Shown in pieces: positions 1 to 8,083 of a stretch of DNA of 41,647 nt (positions are counted from its first letter, which is position 1; each line of letters starts with the position of its first letter). The stretch lies in contig CAVIKQ010000001.1 in assembly GCA_963643305.1 (NCBI GenBank), forward strand, positions 1 to 41,647, in the 5' to 3' direction. The DNA comes from Eggerthellaceae bacterium (GTDB lineage Bacteria > Bacteroidota > Bacteroidia > Bacteroidales > UBA932). The translations under genes and the position numbers were made by a program. The notes beneath the pieces are model-generated. The model searched no databases. It saw only the letters and a program-made list of their open reading frames with translations, and had not been told where the DNA came from.

Positions 1-337
1 ATATTATCTACAAAAAAAGTGTGGAGCTGATTTCGTCTATCTAATTGAAGGTTGTGGCAAACCCGAAGAGAATAAACGATGCAATACCCCACACTTGAAT
101 AGTATGGGATACAAGTACAGATTGCACTGTTCGCATATCTAAACAAGGAATGAGTGCTGTTCGTCGTCCTCTCTTCATAGAAAATTGCCACATTTTCAAT
201 TAAGGACAGAGCGAAAACACTTTCGCAATATGTATGATACCTTGCGGTACCGAGAGCGAATATAGTAAAATTTTTTTATTTATATAGCATTTTTAGAAAA
301 TATTACGTAATATTGCATTACGTTATTTTACATAATG

Positions 338-345
338 TAATTTTG
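338..345 (+). promoter_or_regulatory. Bacteroidota-type -7 promoter box (TAATTTTG)
   Basis: Exact TAnnTTTG match. It ends 7 nt before the ATG at 353, implying a very short or absent leader. It overlaps the palindrome TTACAT-A-ATGTAA (328-340). Confidence 0.4.
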
Positions 346-352
346 CATAATC

Positions 353-1489
353 ATGACAAAAATCATCAAAAATCCATTTATCATAACACCATTTGTTCCG
401 GAGGAATACTTCTGCGACAGAACTAAAGAAACGGCAGAGCTTTGCAAGCATATTCTCAACGGACGTAATGTAGCATTGTTTGCAAAAAGAAGATTGGGCA
501 AGACCGGGCTCATAAGGCACTGCTTTGAGCAGAGAACCATTAAGGAACACTACAACACATTTCTTATTGACATCTATTCAGCAGGTTCTCTCAAAGAGAT
601 GACATCTCTGGTAGCAAAGGAGGTGTTCGCAAAAAGTGGTGTGTTCGGAATAAAGGAAAAACTGTTAAACGGGCTGAAATCCATAAAGCCAACCATAGAA
701 TACAACGAACTGACAGCATCGTTTTCATTAGGAGCAGGTATGGCGGAGATAAAGAATCCCGACAAGACTCTCGAAGAGATTATTTCTGTGCTGGACTCGT
801 TAAAGAAGCCAACCGTCATTGCCATTGATGAGTTTCAACAAATCAGAGACTTTAAGGAAAAGAATGTTGAGGCTTATCTGAGGAGTTTGATGCAGCGGTG
901 CAGGAACATCTCGTTCATATACGCCGGGAGTATCAGCCACGCCATGAACAACATGTTCAAATCTCCGGATAAACCTTTCTACAACAGTGCCGTGATGATG
1001 ACAATTGGCGTGATTGACAAAACGGCCTACAGAGTGTTTGCAATAAGAATGTTCAACAAGTTTGGAAAAAAAGTGCAGCCGGAACTTATTGATAAGAGCT
1101 ATGACTATTTCAACGGTGTCACTTGGTACGTTCAGCTTATGATGAATGAGGCTTTTGCTCAGACATCACCGGGAGAGGAGCTCACAGAATCTGATTTCGG
1201 TTCAGTCTATGATGCCATTATAGCGCAGCAAAGTTTCTCTTATGAGGAACAATTCGCAAGATTTTCCGAAAAACAGAAAGCCTTGTTGGTGGCTGTTGCT
1301 AATGAAGGTCCCGATGGGGCGAGAATCACTTCTGAGGAGTTTATTTCAAAATATGGACTCGGCTCGGCAAGTTCTGTGCAAACGGCCGGGAATGCTCTTA
1401 AAAAGAACAATATTTTGTCTGATAATGGCCAACGGAAACAGATTAATGATTTGATTTTCAGAGACTGGCTTCGTAAATACAGTTGCTGA
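353..1489 (+). CDS. AAA+ ATPase of the ATPase_2/ORC-Cdc6-like type with a C-terminal winged-helix-like region; function unknown
   Basis: 378-aa ORF. Walker A is FAKRRLGKTGL and Walker B is VIAIDEFQQI. The N-terminal NPFI..PFVPEEYFCDR motif is typical of this family. No C-terminal nuclease-like module. Confidence 0.7.
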   Translation: MTKIIKNPFIITPFVPEEYFCDRTKETAELCKHILNGRNVALFAKRRLGKTGLIRHCFEQRTIKEHYNTFLIDIYSAGSLKEMTSLVAKEVFAKSGVFGIKEKLLNGLKSIKPTIEYNELTASFSLGAGMAEIKNPDKTLEEIISVLDSLKKPTVIAIDEFQQIRDFKEKNVEAYLRSLMQRCRNISFIYAGSISHAMNNMFKSPDKPFYNSAVMMTIGVIDKTAYRVFAIRMFNKFGKKVQPELIDKSYDYFNGVTWYVQLMMNEAFAQTSPGEELTESDFGSVYDAIIAQQSFSYEEQFARFSEKQKALLVAVANEGPDGARITSEEFISKYGLGSASSVQTAGNALKKNNILSDNGQRKQINDLIFRDWLRKYSC

Positions 1490-1504
1490 CGCAACGCAAA
1501 AAAA

Positions 1505-1564
1505 GGGGAACTGACTTGAATCAATTCCCTTTCTTTTGTCGGGGTACTCCGACTCGAACGGAGG
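1505..1564 (-). repeat. Orphan copy of the tRNA-Pro 3' end (26 nt) plus 34 nt of its downstream flank
   Basis: 59/60 identical to 1672-1731 at a 167-bp offset, preceded by an A-run in both copies. There is no 5' tRNA half next to it. Confidence 0.85.
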
Positions 1565-1671
1565 TGCGCCAGAGGACTGGCGCTCAGTGCAGTTGCTAAC
1601 GCAACGCCTAAGCTCACTACGTTCGCGCCTTCGGCTTATTACGGGCCCTCCGTTCTCGTACAATACAAAAA

Positions 1672-1731
1672 GGGGAACTGACTTGAATCAATTCCCTTTC
1701 CTTTGTCGGGGTACTCCGACTCGAACGGAGG
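1672..1731 (-). repeat. Master copy of the 60-nt repeat (tRNA-Pro T-arm and acceptor 3' strand plus downstream hairpin)
   Basis: Direct repeat of 1505-1564. It contains the hairpin GGGAA-N13-TTCCC followed on the minus strand by CTTTTT, a tRNA terminator-like element. Confidence 0.85.
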
Positions 1732-1779
1732 ACCCTCTGCTCCCAAAGCAGATGCGCTAGCCAACTGCGCCACACCCCG
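1706..1779 (-). tRNA. tRNA-Pro (anticodon TGG)
   Basis: Hand-folded cloverleaf: acceptor CGGGGTG/TACCCCG, D arm GCGC..GCGC, anticodon arm TCTGC-TTTGGGA-GCAGA, T arm CTCCG-TTCGAGT-CGGAG, discriminator A. CCA is not encoded. Confidence 0.92.
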
Positions 1780-1902
1780 AATCTTGAAGAAAACCGTGGT
1801 TTTCCCTCAAAGCGGATGCAAAGGTATGCCGTTTTTTTTAAACTTCCAAATTTTTTAATTGAATCTAAGACGAAAAAAAGAAGATAATATACAATAAACA
1901 TA

Positions 1903-1910
1903 TATATTTG
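1903..1910 (+). promoter_or_regulatory. -7 promoter box (TATATTTG) for the riboswitch-led operon
   Basis: Exact TAnnTTTG match a few nt upstream of the start of the riboswitch aptamer. Confidence 0.45.
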
Positions 1911-1914
1911 CAGC

Positions 1915-2092
1915 AGGATTAGTAATCGGGACATTACAAGTTCCGATGCAAGGGAATCCGGTGCAATTCCGGAGCTGTACCTGCAGCTGTAAATCCTCGT
2001 CACATTGGTTGGATAGTCCAAAACCACTGTTTCAATTGGAGAAATGGGAAGGTTTCCAACCGGAGGAAAGCCAGAAGACCTGCTAAGACTGT
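1915..2092 (+). promoter_or_regulatory. Cobalamin (B12) riboswitch
   Basis: Conserved core AGGGAAtccGGTGcAAttCCggaGCtGtaCCtGCagCTGTAA, then CCACTG...GGGAAGG, then a B12 box AGCCAGAAGACCTGC (2069-2083). It lies in the 5' leader of a TonB-dependent receptor gene. Confidence 0.88.
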
Positions 2093-2229
2093 TAAACAAA
2101 GCACCAGGCTTCCAGGATTAGAAGTATGTGTCCATTCGAGCAAGCGTTTCCAACGTCTTTTCCTTTGTGGCGTTTCTCCCTATAACAGAGAAGTTTGGCG
2201 TTTTATTTTGTAACTAAATAGAACAGAAT

Positions 2230-4293
2230 ATGAGGATTTTAGTTTCTGCCATGCTACTGTTGTTAGGAGCACAGATTGTAAGTGCTCAAAGTATTATCAA
2301 GGAGCAAGAGGAGAAAGAGCTGCTCCTGTTGCTCAATGAAGTGGTCATTACCGGTACTGGTACCGAGCACTACATGAAGAATGCCCCGGTACAGACAGAA
2401 GTAATTACCGCCAAAGCATTGGAGCAATATCAGGCACGCAATATAGATGATCTGTTAAGCAGCCTTATCCCCTCATTAACCTTTAGAGACGGAGATATGG
2501 GGAGTCATATTCAACTGAACGGATTGGGTAATGACTATATCCTTATCATGATAAACGGCAAGAGGATGAACGGTGATGTTGGAGGACAGAACGACCTGAA
2601 CCAGTTGAATATAGCCAATATAGACCGTATAGAGATTGTAAAAGGCGCAGCATCTTCTCTGTATGGCAGTGATGCAATAGCCGGAGTAATAAATATCATA
2701 ACCAAACGCAACCGGGAAAAGGTAGAGCTTACAAATACATCTCGGGTTGGAGGGCATGGAGATATACTTCAAAGCACCAGTTTTGGGTTTAATTACGGCA
2801 AGCTAAAATCTGTAACCGGAATCAATTTCCGCCATACCGATGGCTGGCAGAATACAGACCTGCAGTGGGATCAGAACCAGTTGAAATCGGGCTCTACCAT
2901 GTTAACTGTAAACCGCTCGTCTAACTACACCCTCTCTGAAAACCTTGAATGGCAGGTAAACCGCAAGCTGAATCTCACGGCAGAGGGTACCTATTATGAA
3001 CGTTGGGTAATGCGTACACACGGCCCGTGGAAATATCAGCCCAACGACTTCTATTATCGCAACTATACATTGGCGGTGGGGAGCAGATATAATTGGGGGA
3101 AACGGAGTTATCTTACGGCAGACCTCTTATACGGCAGGTACGGTTACTTTTATGACTATAAGCTGAATGAACATACAGATTATTTTCTCGATAACGACCG
3201 TCACGAACGTATTACCTATTTTGCAGGGCAGCGCATAAAGCAGAGCATTCAGAAACAACTGTTGGGACAGGTAAAGAGTGTATTTTATCTTGGGGAGCGT
3301 CATATACTGAATACAGGAATCGAATATCAGTACAATCATTTGGAATCTCCTCATCACATAAATGGAGACCGCGCTTCTGTCTATACATTGGCAGCCTATA
3401 TACAGGAGGAGTGGACTGCAAGAGAAAACATGGTCTTTACGGCAGGTGTACGGGGGACACAGCACAAGGAGACAGGATTGAATTTCAGCCCAAAAATATC
3501 GGGACTTTATAAACCGGGAAAATATATTAATCTGCGTGTTTCCTATGCGTTAGGTTACAAATCTCCAACCATTAAGGAGCTGTATTATAATTATACCGGC
3601 ATTATTGGAGGGGGAGCCATGACTGCATACCATGGCAACACAGAGCTAAAAGCGCAGACATCGCAATATGCATCGGTAGGGATTGAGTATGCAGGAAAGA
3701 AGTTAAGGGCAGGCTTAACCGGATATATGAATTTTATCTACAACATGATAGAATTGGTTGAGATTGCCGTAACTCCGGCCGAAAAGATGCTCGAAGTGGA
3801 GAAGAGCAAACAATATACGAACCTTACAAAGGCGCGGGTCAGCGGGATAGACTTTACTTTCAACTACAGACCAGCCAAATCGCTCAGCATTGGAGGAGGC
3901 TACAGTTATACCAACCCAAAAGCACAGTATCCTAATAAGGGAATAGACTATATGAAATATCTCCCGATAGATGCCACCTCCAGGCATAACGCAAACCTGA
4001 ACCTTGTATGGCAACACTCGTGGGAATGGTATCGTCTGGGAATCGGGGTCTATGGCAGGTACCAGTCTACACGCCGTTATATAAAAGATAATGATGCAGA
4101 TGGATTCCAGACATGGCGTATAAATACCGCCCACACTCTATTGAAACTCAAGAGGTGGTCATTAACAATGAATGCCGGAGTAGACAATCTGTTCAACTAT
4201 GTAGACCGTACCCCGTTCGGACGGAACCGTGCCACATCTACTCCGGGAAGAACCTATTATGCATCGGCTCTTATTAAATTCAGAAACAATTGA
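2230..4293 (+). CDS. TonB-dependent outer-membrane receptor, BtuB-like; probable corrinoid or tetrapyrrole uptake
   Basis: 687 aa with a signal peptide ending VSAQS. Plug-domain motifs (NEVVITGTG, IDRIEIVKGAASSLYGSDAIAGVINIITK) and a beta-barrel ending in an aromatic-containing terminal strand (ALIKFRNN). Sits downstream of a cobalamin riboswitch. Confidence 0.9.
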   Translation: MRILVSAMLLLLGAQIVSAQSIIKEQEEKELLLLLNEVVITGTGTEHYMKNAPVQTEVITAKALEQYQARNIDDLLSSLIPSLTFRDGDMGSHIQLNGLGNDYILIMINGKRMNGDVGGQNDLNQLNIANIDRIEIVKGAASSLYGSDAIAGVINIITKRNREKVELTNTSRVGGHGDILQSTSFGFNYGKLKSVTGINFRHTDGWQNTDLQWDQNQLKSGSTMLTVNRSSNYTLSENLEWQVNRKLNLTAEGTYYERWVMRTHGPWKYQPNDFYYRNYTLAVGSRYNWGKRSYLTADLLYGRYGYFYDYKLNEHTDYFLDNDRHERITYFAGQRIKQSIQKQLLGQVKSVFYLGERHILNTGIEYQYNHLESPHHINGDRASVYTLAAYIQEEWTARENMVFTAGVRGTQHKETGLNFSPKISGLYKPGKYINLRVSYALGYKSPTIKELYYNYTGIIGGGAMTAYHGNTELKAQTSQYASVGIEYAGKKLRAGLTGYMNFIYNMIELVEIAVTPAEKMLEVEKSKQYTNLTKARVSGIDFTFNYRPAKSLSIGGGYSYTNPKAQYPNKGIDYMKYLPIDATSRHNANLNLVWQHSWEWYRLGIGVYGRYQSTRRYIKDNDADGFQTWRINTAHTLLKLKRWSLTMNAGVDNLFNYVDRTPFGRNRATSTPGRTYYASALIKFRNN

Positions 4294-4327
4294 GAACCAA
4301 TAATTTATAAACTAAAAATTTATTTGT

Positions 4328-5524
4328 ATGAAACAGTTCAAGTATTATTTGATGGCAACTGTGGTTGCTGTGGTAGCTTGCATGGGTTTAAGCTCATGCA
4401 GTGACAAAGATGATGAGGAAAGTACTTTAAATCCTGCGGCCGAGGTGGTAAACAAGACCAAAAAGTATGACACAGCTATTTTGCTCTGTACTTTTGGAAG
4501 TACCTATAACGAGTCTCTTTCCGTTTATGAAGATGTGATTAAGGATTTTAAAGCCAAGTTCCCCAATACGGACATTTATATGTCGTTCACATCACGTACA
4601 TGTATAGGACGTGTAGAGGCATCTACAGGGGTGGCTCGTTACGAATTGGATCAATGGCTAAAAGCAATTGGAGAGGCCGGTTACAGACGTGTGGCTGTTC
4701 AGTCGTTGCACGTAATTCCGGGAGAAGAGTATCTCTCTCTGATGAATACCGATGTAAAAAAATACTTTATGATTCAGTGGTTCCCTAATATAGATGTGTT
4801 GAGGGGTGCCAACCTGCTTTCAACGGAAGAGGATACAAAAGAGGTGGCCGAGATCCTTTACAAACATTATGAGTCTAAATTGGCCAACAAGAAGAGTATA
4901 GTTCTTCTAATGGGTCATGGTAATCCCGATGAGAATTACAATGCCAACAAGAAATACTCCGATGTAGAAAAAGCCCTGCATGAGCTTTCTGCCAACAACA
5001 ATATCTTTATAGGTACTGTAGATTACGGAGAGATGCTTTTCTTCCCCAATGAAGTAGAGGAGGCTCCGGCAGACAGAATTCCTGTAGAGGGATTTGACAA
5101 GACCCAATATCCCGATTGTATTTACTCTAAGGTTATGAGCTATTGCGAGGAGAACGGTCTTAACCCGTCTGAAGTAAATGTTTATCTTGCTCCTTTCATG
5201 TCTATAGCCGGAGACCATGCCCACAATGACCTTTGGGGATTGGAGGCTATTGCAGAAGGGGATAAGCTGACCGATGTAGAGATTAACACAAACGAATATA
5301 GCTGGCGTGAGCGTTTGGAGAAATTGGGATTCAAGGTAGACAGAACATTTGAGAGCCACCCAACCGATAAAGCCGGTGCAGATCATGGTATTAAAGAGGG
5401 GTGTATGATGAAACCTCTTGGGAGCTATCCGGAGATTCGTCAGATATGGGTAAACCATCTGTATGAGAATTGGAATAATGAGAGTGCATGGGAGAATGGC
5501 AAGGGTTATCAGCCTGAAGCATAG
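4328..5524 (+). CDS. Lipoprotein with a CbiK-type (class II anaerobic cobaltochelatase fold) domain
   Basis: 398 aa. Lipobox GLSSC followed by SDKDDEE. CbiK-like motifs LLCTFGSTY, SLHVIPGEEY, LMGHGNPDENYNANKKY and PFMSIAGDHAHNDL. 34 nt downstream of the receptor gene. Confidence 0.8.
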   Translation: MKQFKYYLMATVVAVVACMGLSSCSDKDDEESTLNPAAEVVNKTKKYDTAILLCTFGSTYNESLSVYEDVIKDFKAKFPNTDIYMSFTSRTCIGRVEASTGVARYELDQWLKAIGEAGYRRVAVQSLHVIPGEEYLSLMNTDVKKYFMIQWFPNIDVLRGANLLSTEEDTKEVAEILYKHYESKLANKKSIVLLMGHGNPDENYNANKKYSDVEKALHELSANNNIFIGTVDYGEMLFFPNEVEEAPADRIPVEGFDKTQYPDCIYSKVMSYCEENGLNPSEVNVYLAPFMSIAGDHAHNDLWGLEAIAEGDKLTDVEINTNEYSWRERLEKLGFKVDRTFESHPTDKAGADHGIKEGCMMKPLGSYPEIRQIWVNHLYENWNNESAWENGKGYQPEA

Positions 5525-5540
5525 TTCTATAGCAACAATA

Positions 5541-5576
5541 AAAAGCCTGAGATGTTTGCTCTCAGGCTTTTTTATT
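5541..5576 (+). terminator. Rho-independent terminator of the riboswitch operon
   Basis: GCCTGAGA-N7-TCTCAGGC stem followed by TTTTTTATT. Confidence 0.7.
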
Positions 5577-5619
5577 GTCATGGTAGAGAAGGGGATGAGA
5601 ACAAGTTCTTGCGTATAAA

Positions 5620-5650
5620 GCAAAAACAACTCGGAGCTTTGCTCCGAGTT
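5620..5650 (-). terminator. Terminator-like hairpin downstream of tRNA-Ser
   Basis: AACTCGGAGC-TTT-GCTCCGAGTT (10-bp stem), followed on the minus strand by GTTTTTGCTTT. Confidence 0.55.
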
Positions 5651-5660
5651 GCCTATGTTG

Positions 5661-5747
5661 CGGTGAAAGGGGGATTCGAACCCCCGGTACGGTTACCCGT
5701 ACGACAGTTTAGCAAACTGTTGGTTTAAGCCACTCACCCATCTCACC
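5661..5747 (-). tRNA. tRNA-Ser (anticodon GCT), type II with a long variable arm
   Basis: Hand-folded: acceptor GGTGAGA/TTTCACC, anticodon arm ACAGT-TTGCTAA-ACTGT, variable arm GTACGG-GTAA-CCGTAC, T arm GGGGG-TTCGAAT-CCCCC. Confidence 0.92.
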
Positions 5748-5807
5748 GGGTTCTGTAACCCCCATTGGGATTGCAAAGGTAGAAATTTATTTCATTTAAA
5801 CAAAAAG

Positions 5808-7886
5808 TTATCTGTTTAACTCTATCTTTTCAACAGTAACTATTATCTTGTTCCCGTGAGGCAGGTTCTCTGCATTTTCTGTTGAGTTTTCTTCTGTTGC
5901 CACGTTTGAGCTTTCCGTTGCCACGCTCTCTTCGCTGCTGCTGTTTGCCGCTTTATCAATCAGCTCTGCAAGCCTCTCTGCCTCTGCCTTGTCTGAGAAA
6001 ACACCTATAGAGTACACAAGAACACCGCCGTCTAAATGCTTGGCAATATCCTTTTCGGTATTCTCCCTAATGACTTTCAAAACAGACTCGCTGATACCCT
6101 CTGTATATCCGGTAATGTTTATCTTATATGTCTCTGCTCCCCTCTTTGCCCCCTTTACATTAACATTCTGTCTGCTGTCTTTGCTTATTTCATTACTGCC
6201 TGGCAGCTTCCCTTCTGCCATCAGTTGCCTCTCCATTGCCCTTGCAGCCGAAAGCGTAAGCGGTTTGCCACTGTCGTATGCTACAATCATAGCGTTGGGG
6301 AACCCTAATTTTTTAACCTTATTAACGTTTGCAAGTGCTCCCGAATAGTTTCTGAAGATACCGGCAGAGTAGATATACTTGCCAGACTGCGCTTTACGTT
6401 CAAAGACCGGAGTAATACCGCCAAACCTCTCTGTCTCTTGCTGCTGAGACACCACAAACAGCTGATACTGATATACCAAACCCTCCGGGAGAGCAGTAAA
6501 TTCATATATCATAGGGGTTGTCTCCTCTATATTTATAGTTATCCCTGTAGGAGGGGCGGCAGCTTCAACGGTAAACAGAGGAGCCTCCCCCAAAAGATTG
6601 CTTGCAAAACAGAATCGGTTATCCCCCTTATGCTCCTCCTGCTCTGTAGAGATGGCATGGTCTGTCTCCTCCTCCGTTTCCTGCGGAATGATTATCCCCT
6701 TTGACAGAAAATCCATCTCCAATTCCTGTAATCTATAGGAGGTTCTGTTCAAACTGTCTCTCATCTGAAGCACATTGGTCTCCTGCTCGGATATCTTGCG
6801 AGCCAAAGTCTTAAGATCTGTCTCGTCTTTAAGGGTATTGTACAGATTCCTGTTGCTGTCTATTAACGCTATAGCCTCCTTAATCTGTTTTCTCAGGGTC
6901 CTTACGGTAGTTACAACATTACGGAACTCGGTATATTCCGTTGAACCGTTATCCGTTTGGTCGTTGCCTGCACCCTCTTTCTGTTCAGATGGAGTGTCAA
7001 TCCCCTGTGCAGAGGGGATGAGATGAGATATTTCCCGTGCTTCCGAGGGTGAAATCCTCTTTTTAACCGGCAGGTTGTCAAAAGCCAATGCATAGACCAT
7101 TATGCTGTCTTTTCTTGTGTCGCGCGTAGATGCAAAAATAGAGAAGTTGCCATCGGGAGTATCATAATATAGAAAATCATCTTCCGGAGAGGAAAACGGA
7201 AACCCAAGATTCTGGGCAACCCCCCAATCGTTACTCTCTTCATCCCACCTGCTCACATAAATGTCAAATCCACCTATCCCATAATGTCCGTTAGATGAGA
7301 AATATAGAGATTTGCCATCCTCTGTTATGTAAGGAAACAGCTCGTCGCCGGTTGAGGTTATGTTTTCATTCAGCATCTCCGGATATGTCCACTCACCGTT
7401 CTCCTTTAATGTAGAGGAGTAGATATTCCAGGAACCGCTGTTGTCTTTTGCGCTGAAGACCAATTTGCGGGCGTTATTGGGGAGAAACATATAGCTCCTC
7501 TCTCCGCTTTCCCCTGCAAACTCCCGTGGTGTAAGAACCCATTTGCCGCTGTTAAAGCCGGGATAGAGAAGAAAAAAATTCTTTAGAGAAGCCTCCTTTG
7601 TCGTAATGACAGTAGGAGAGTATGCAAAATTGAGCATGCTGCTCCCGTTCTGGCTCTGTGCCAAGAGCTTGTTAAGCGTATTAACATTCCCCATAACACC
7701 CTCTGTGGTTGTATCCTGTGCCACTTTCATCAGGCCGGTATATATCTCAATCGCTTTGTTGAATTCGTAACTTTTGTGAAAAGATTCCGCCTCTTTAAGT
7801 TTGGCGTTCATATCTTGTGCGCCAAGGCTCAAAGTTGTTAGCAGGGAGGTTATGATAAGTAACAGAGATAGCTCTTTTTTTGGCAT
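5808..7886 (-). CDS. Envelope protein with signal peptide, TolB-like PD40 beta-propeller repeats, a coiled-coil/acidic linker and two SPOR-like C-terminal domains
   Basis: Start moved to the internal Met (MPKKELSLLLIITSLLTTLSLGAQD, a signal peptide) because a -7 box lies at 7910-7917. PD40-like repeats (LYFSSNGHYGIGGFDIYVS, FASTRDT). SPOR-like segments (YQLFVV...AGIFRNYSGALANVNKVKKLGFPNAMIV and YSIGVFSDKAEAERL). Confidence 0.7.
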   Translation of the reverse strand: MPKKELSLLLIITSLLTTLSLGAQDMNAKLKEAESFHKSYEFNKAIEIYTGLMKVAQDTTTEGVMGNVNTLNKLLAQSQNGSSMLNFAYSPTVITTKEASLKNFFLLYPGFNSGKWVLTPREFAGESGERSYMFLPNNARKLVFSAKDNSGSWNIYSSTLKENGEWTYPEMLNENITSTGDELFPYITEDGKSLYFSSNGHYGIGGFDIYVSRWDEESNDWGVAQNLGFPFSSPEDDFLYYDTPDGNFSIFASTRDTRKDSIMVYALAFDNLPVKKRISPSEAREISHLIPSAQGIDTPSEQKEGAGNDQTDNGSTEYTEFRNVVTTVRTLRKQIKEAIALIDSNRNLYNTLKDETDLKTLARKISEQETNVLQMRDSLNRTSYRLQELEMDFLSKGIIIPQETEEETDHAISTEQEEHKGDNRFCFASNLLGEAPLFTVEAAAPPTGITINIEETTPMIYEFTALPEGLVYQYQLFVVSQQQETERFGGITPVFERKAQSGKYIYSAGIFRNYSGALANVNKVKKLGFPNAMIVAYDSGKPLTLSAARAMERQLMAEGKLPGSNEISKDSRQNVNVKGAKRGAETYKINITGYTEGISESVLKVIRENTEKDIAKHLDGGVLVYSIGVFSDKAEAERLAELIDKAANSSSEESVATESSNVATEENSTENAENLPHGNKIIVTVEKIELNR

Positions 7887-7909
7887 TTTTGCGTGCTTTT
7901 TTAAGATAA

Positions 7910-7917
7910 CAAAGGTA
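7910..7917 (-). promoter_or_regulatory. -7 promoter box (TACCTTTG on the minus strand)
   Basis: The plus strand reads CAAAGGTA. It sits 24 nt upstream of the Met codon at 7886 and inside the longer ORF-track version, arguing against the 7952 start. Confidence 0.45.
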
Positions 7918-8011
7918 CATAATACTTGCCAAACTAACCGAAAAAATTGCATAATAATTAAACTGACAGCCCTAACAGGTTAAAAATGTTTCTACATAAA
8001 GGAAAAAATAG

Positions 8012-8019
8012 TAAATTTG
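8012..8019 (+). promoter_or_regulatory. -7 promoter box (TAAATTTG) for secDF
   Basis: Exact TAnnTTTG match 65 nt upstream of the ATG at 8084. Confidence 0.45.
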
Positions 8020-8083
8020 CGCCTTATTATGTGGGAATTGTCTCCCAAACCAAAACGTAAGAAATTTTAAAACTAAATAACAG

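Noticed and set aside
41-178. 45-codon minus-strand ORF (MKRGRRTALIPCLDMRTV...VWGIASFILFGFATTFN) with a hydrophobic C-terminus
   Set aside because: No promoter box or recognisable family, it lies at the window edge, and it is too short to support without homology or expression data.
1505-1564. Possible second tRNA gene, or tRNA with a very long variable arm, upstream of tRNA-Pro
   Set aside because: Only the T arm and the acceptor 3' strand are present. The adjacent sequence forms hairpins with 4-nt loops (GCGCCAG-AGGA-CTGGCGC on the plus strand, i.e. GCGCCAG-TCCT-CTGGCGC in tRNA sense; GTTGC-GTTA-GCAAC). There is no 7-nt anticodon loop, no D arm and no 5' acceptor strand.
1617-2099. 160-aa minus-strand ORF
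   Set aside because: It runs through tRNA-Pro and antisense to the cobalamin riboswitch. Its composition is low-complexity and it has no recognisable motifs.
2100-2229. Defined terminator or anti-terminator expression platform for the riboswitch
   Set aside because: I could fold only a weak 6-7-bp stem (TTTCTC/GAGAAG) before TTTTATTTT. That is not convincing enough to annotate, so the mechanism, transcriptional or translational, is left open.
4907-5629. 240-aa minus-strand ORF
   Set aside because: It is antisense to the well-supported CbiK-like CDS and runs through its terminator. Typical shadow ORF.
7887-7952. Longer N-termini offered by the ORF track for four genes: 7952, 15174 (TTG), 18454 and 18629 (TTG)
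   Set aside because: In each case an exact -7 promoter box lies inside the extension (7910-7917, 18420-18427, 18632-18639), or the extension precedes a canonical family N-terminus ([33 protein letters not shown], signal peptide MPKKEL...).
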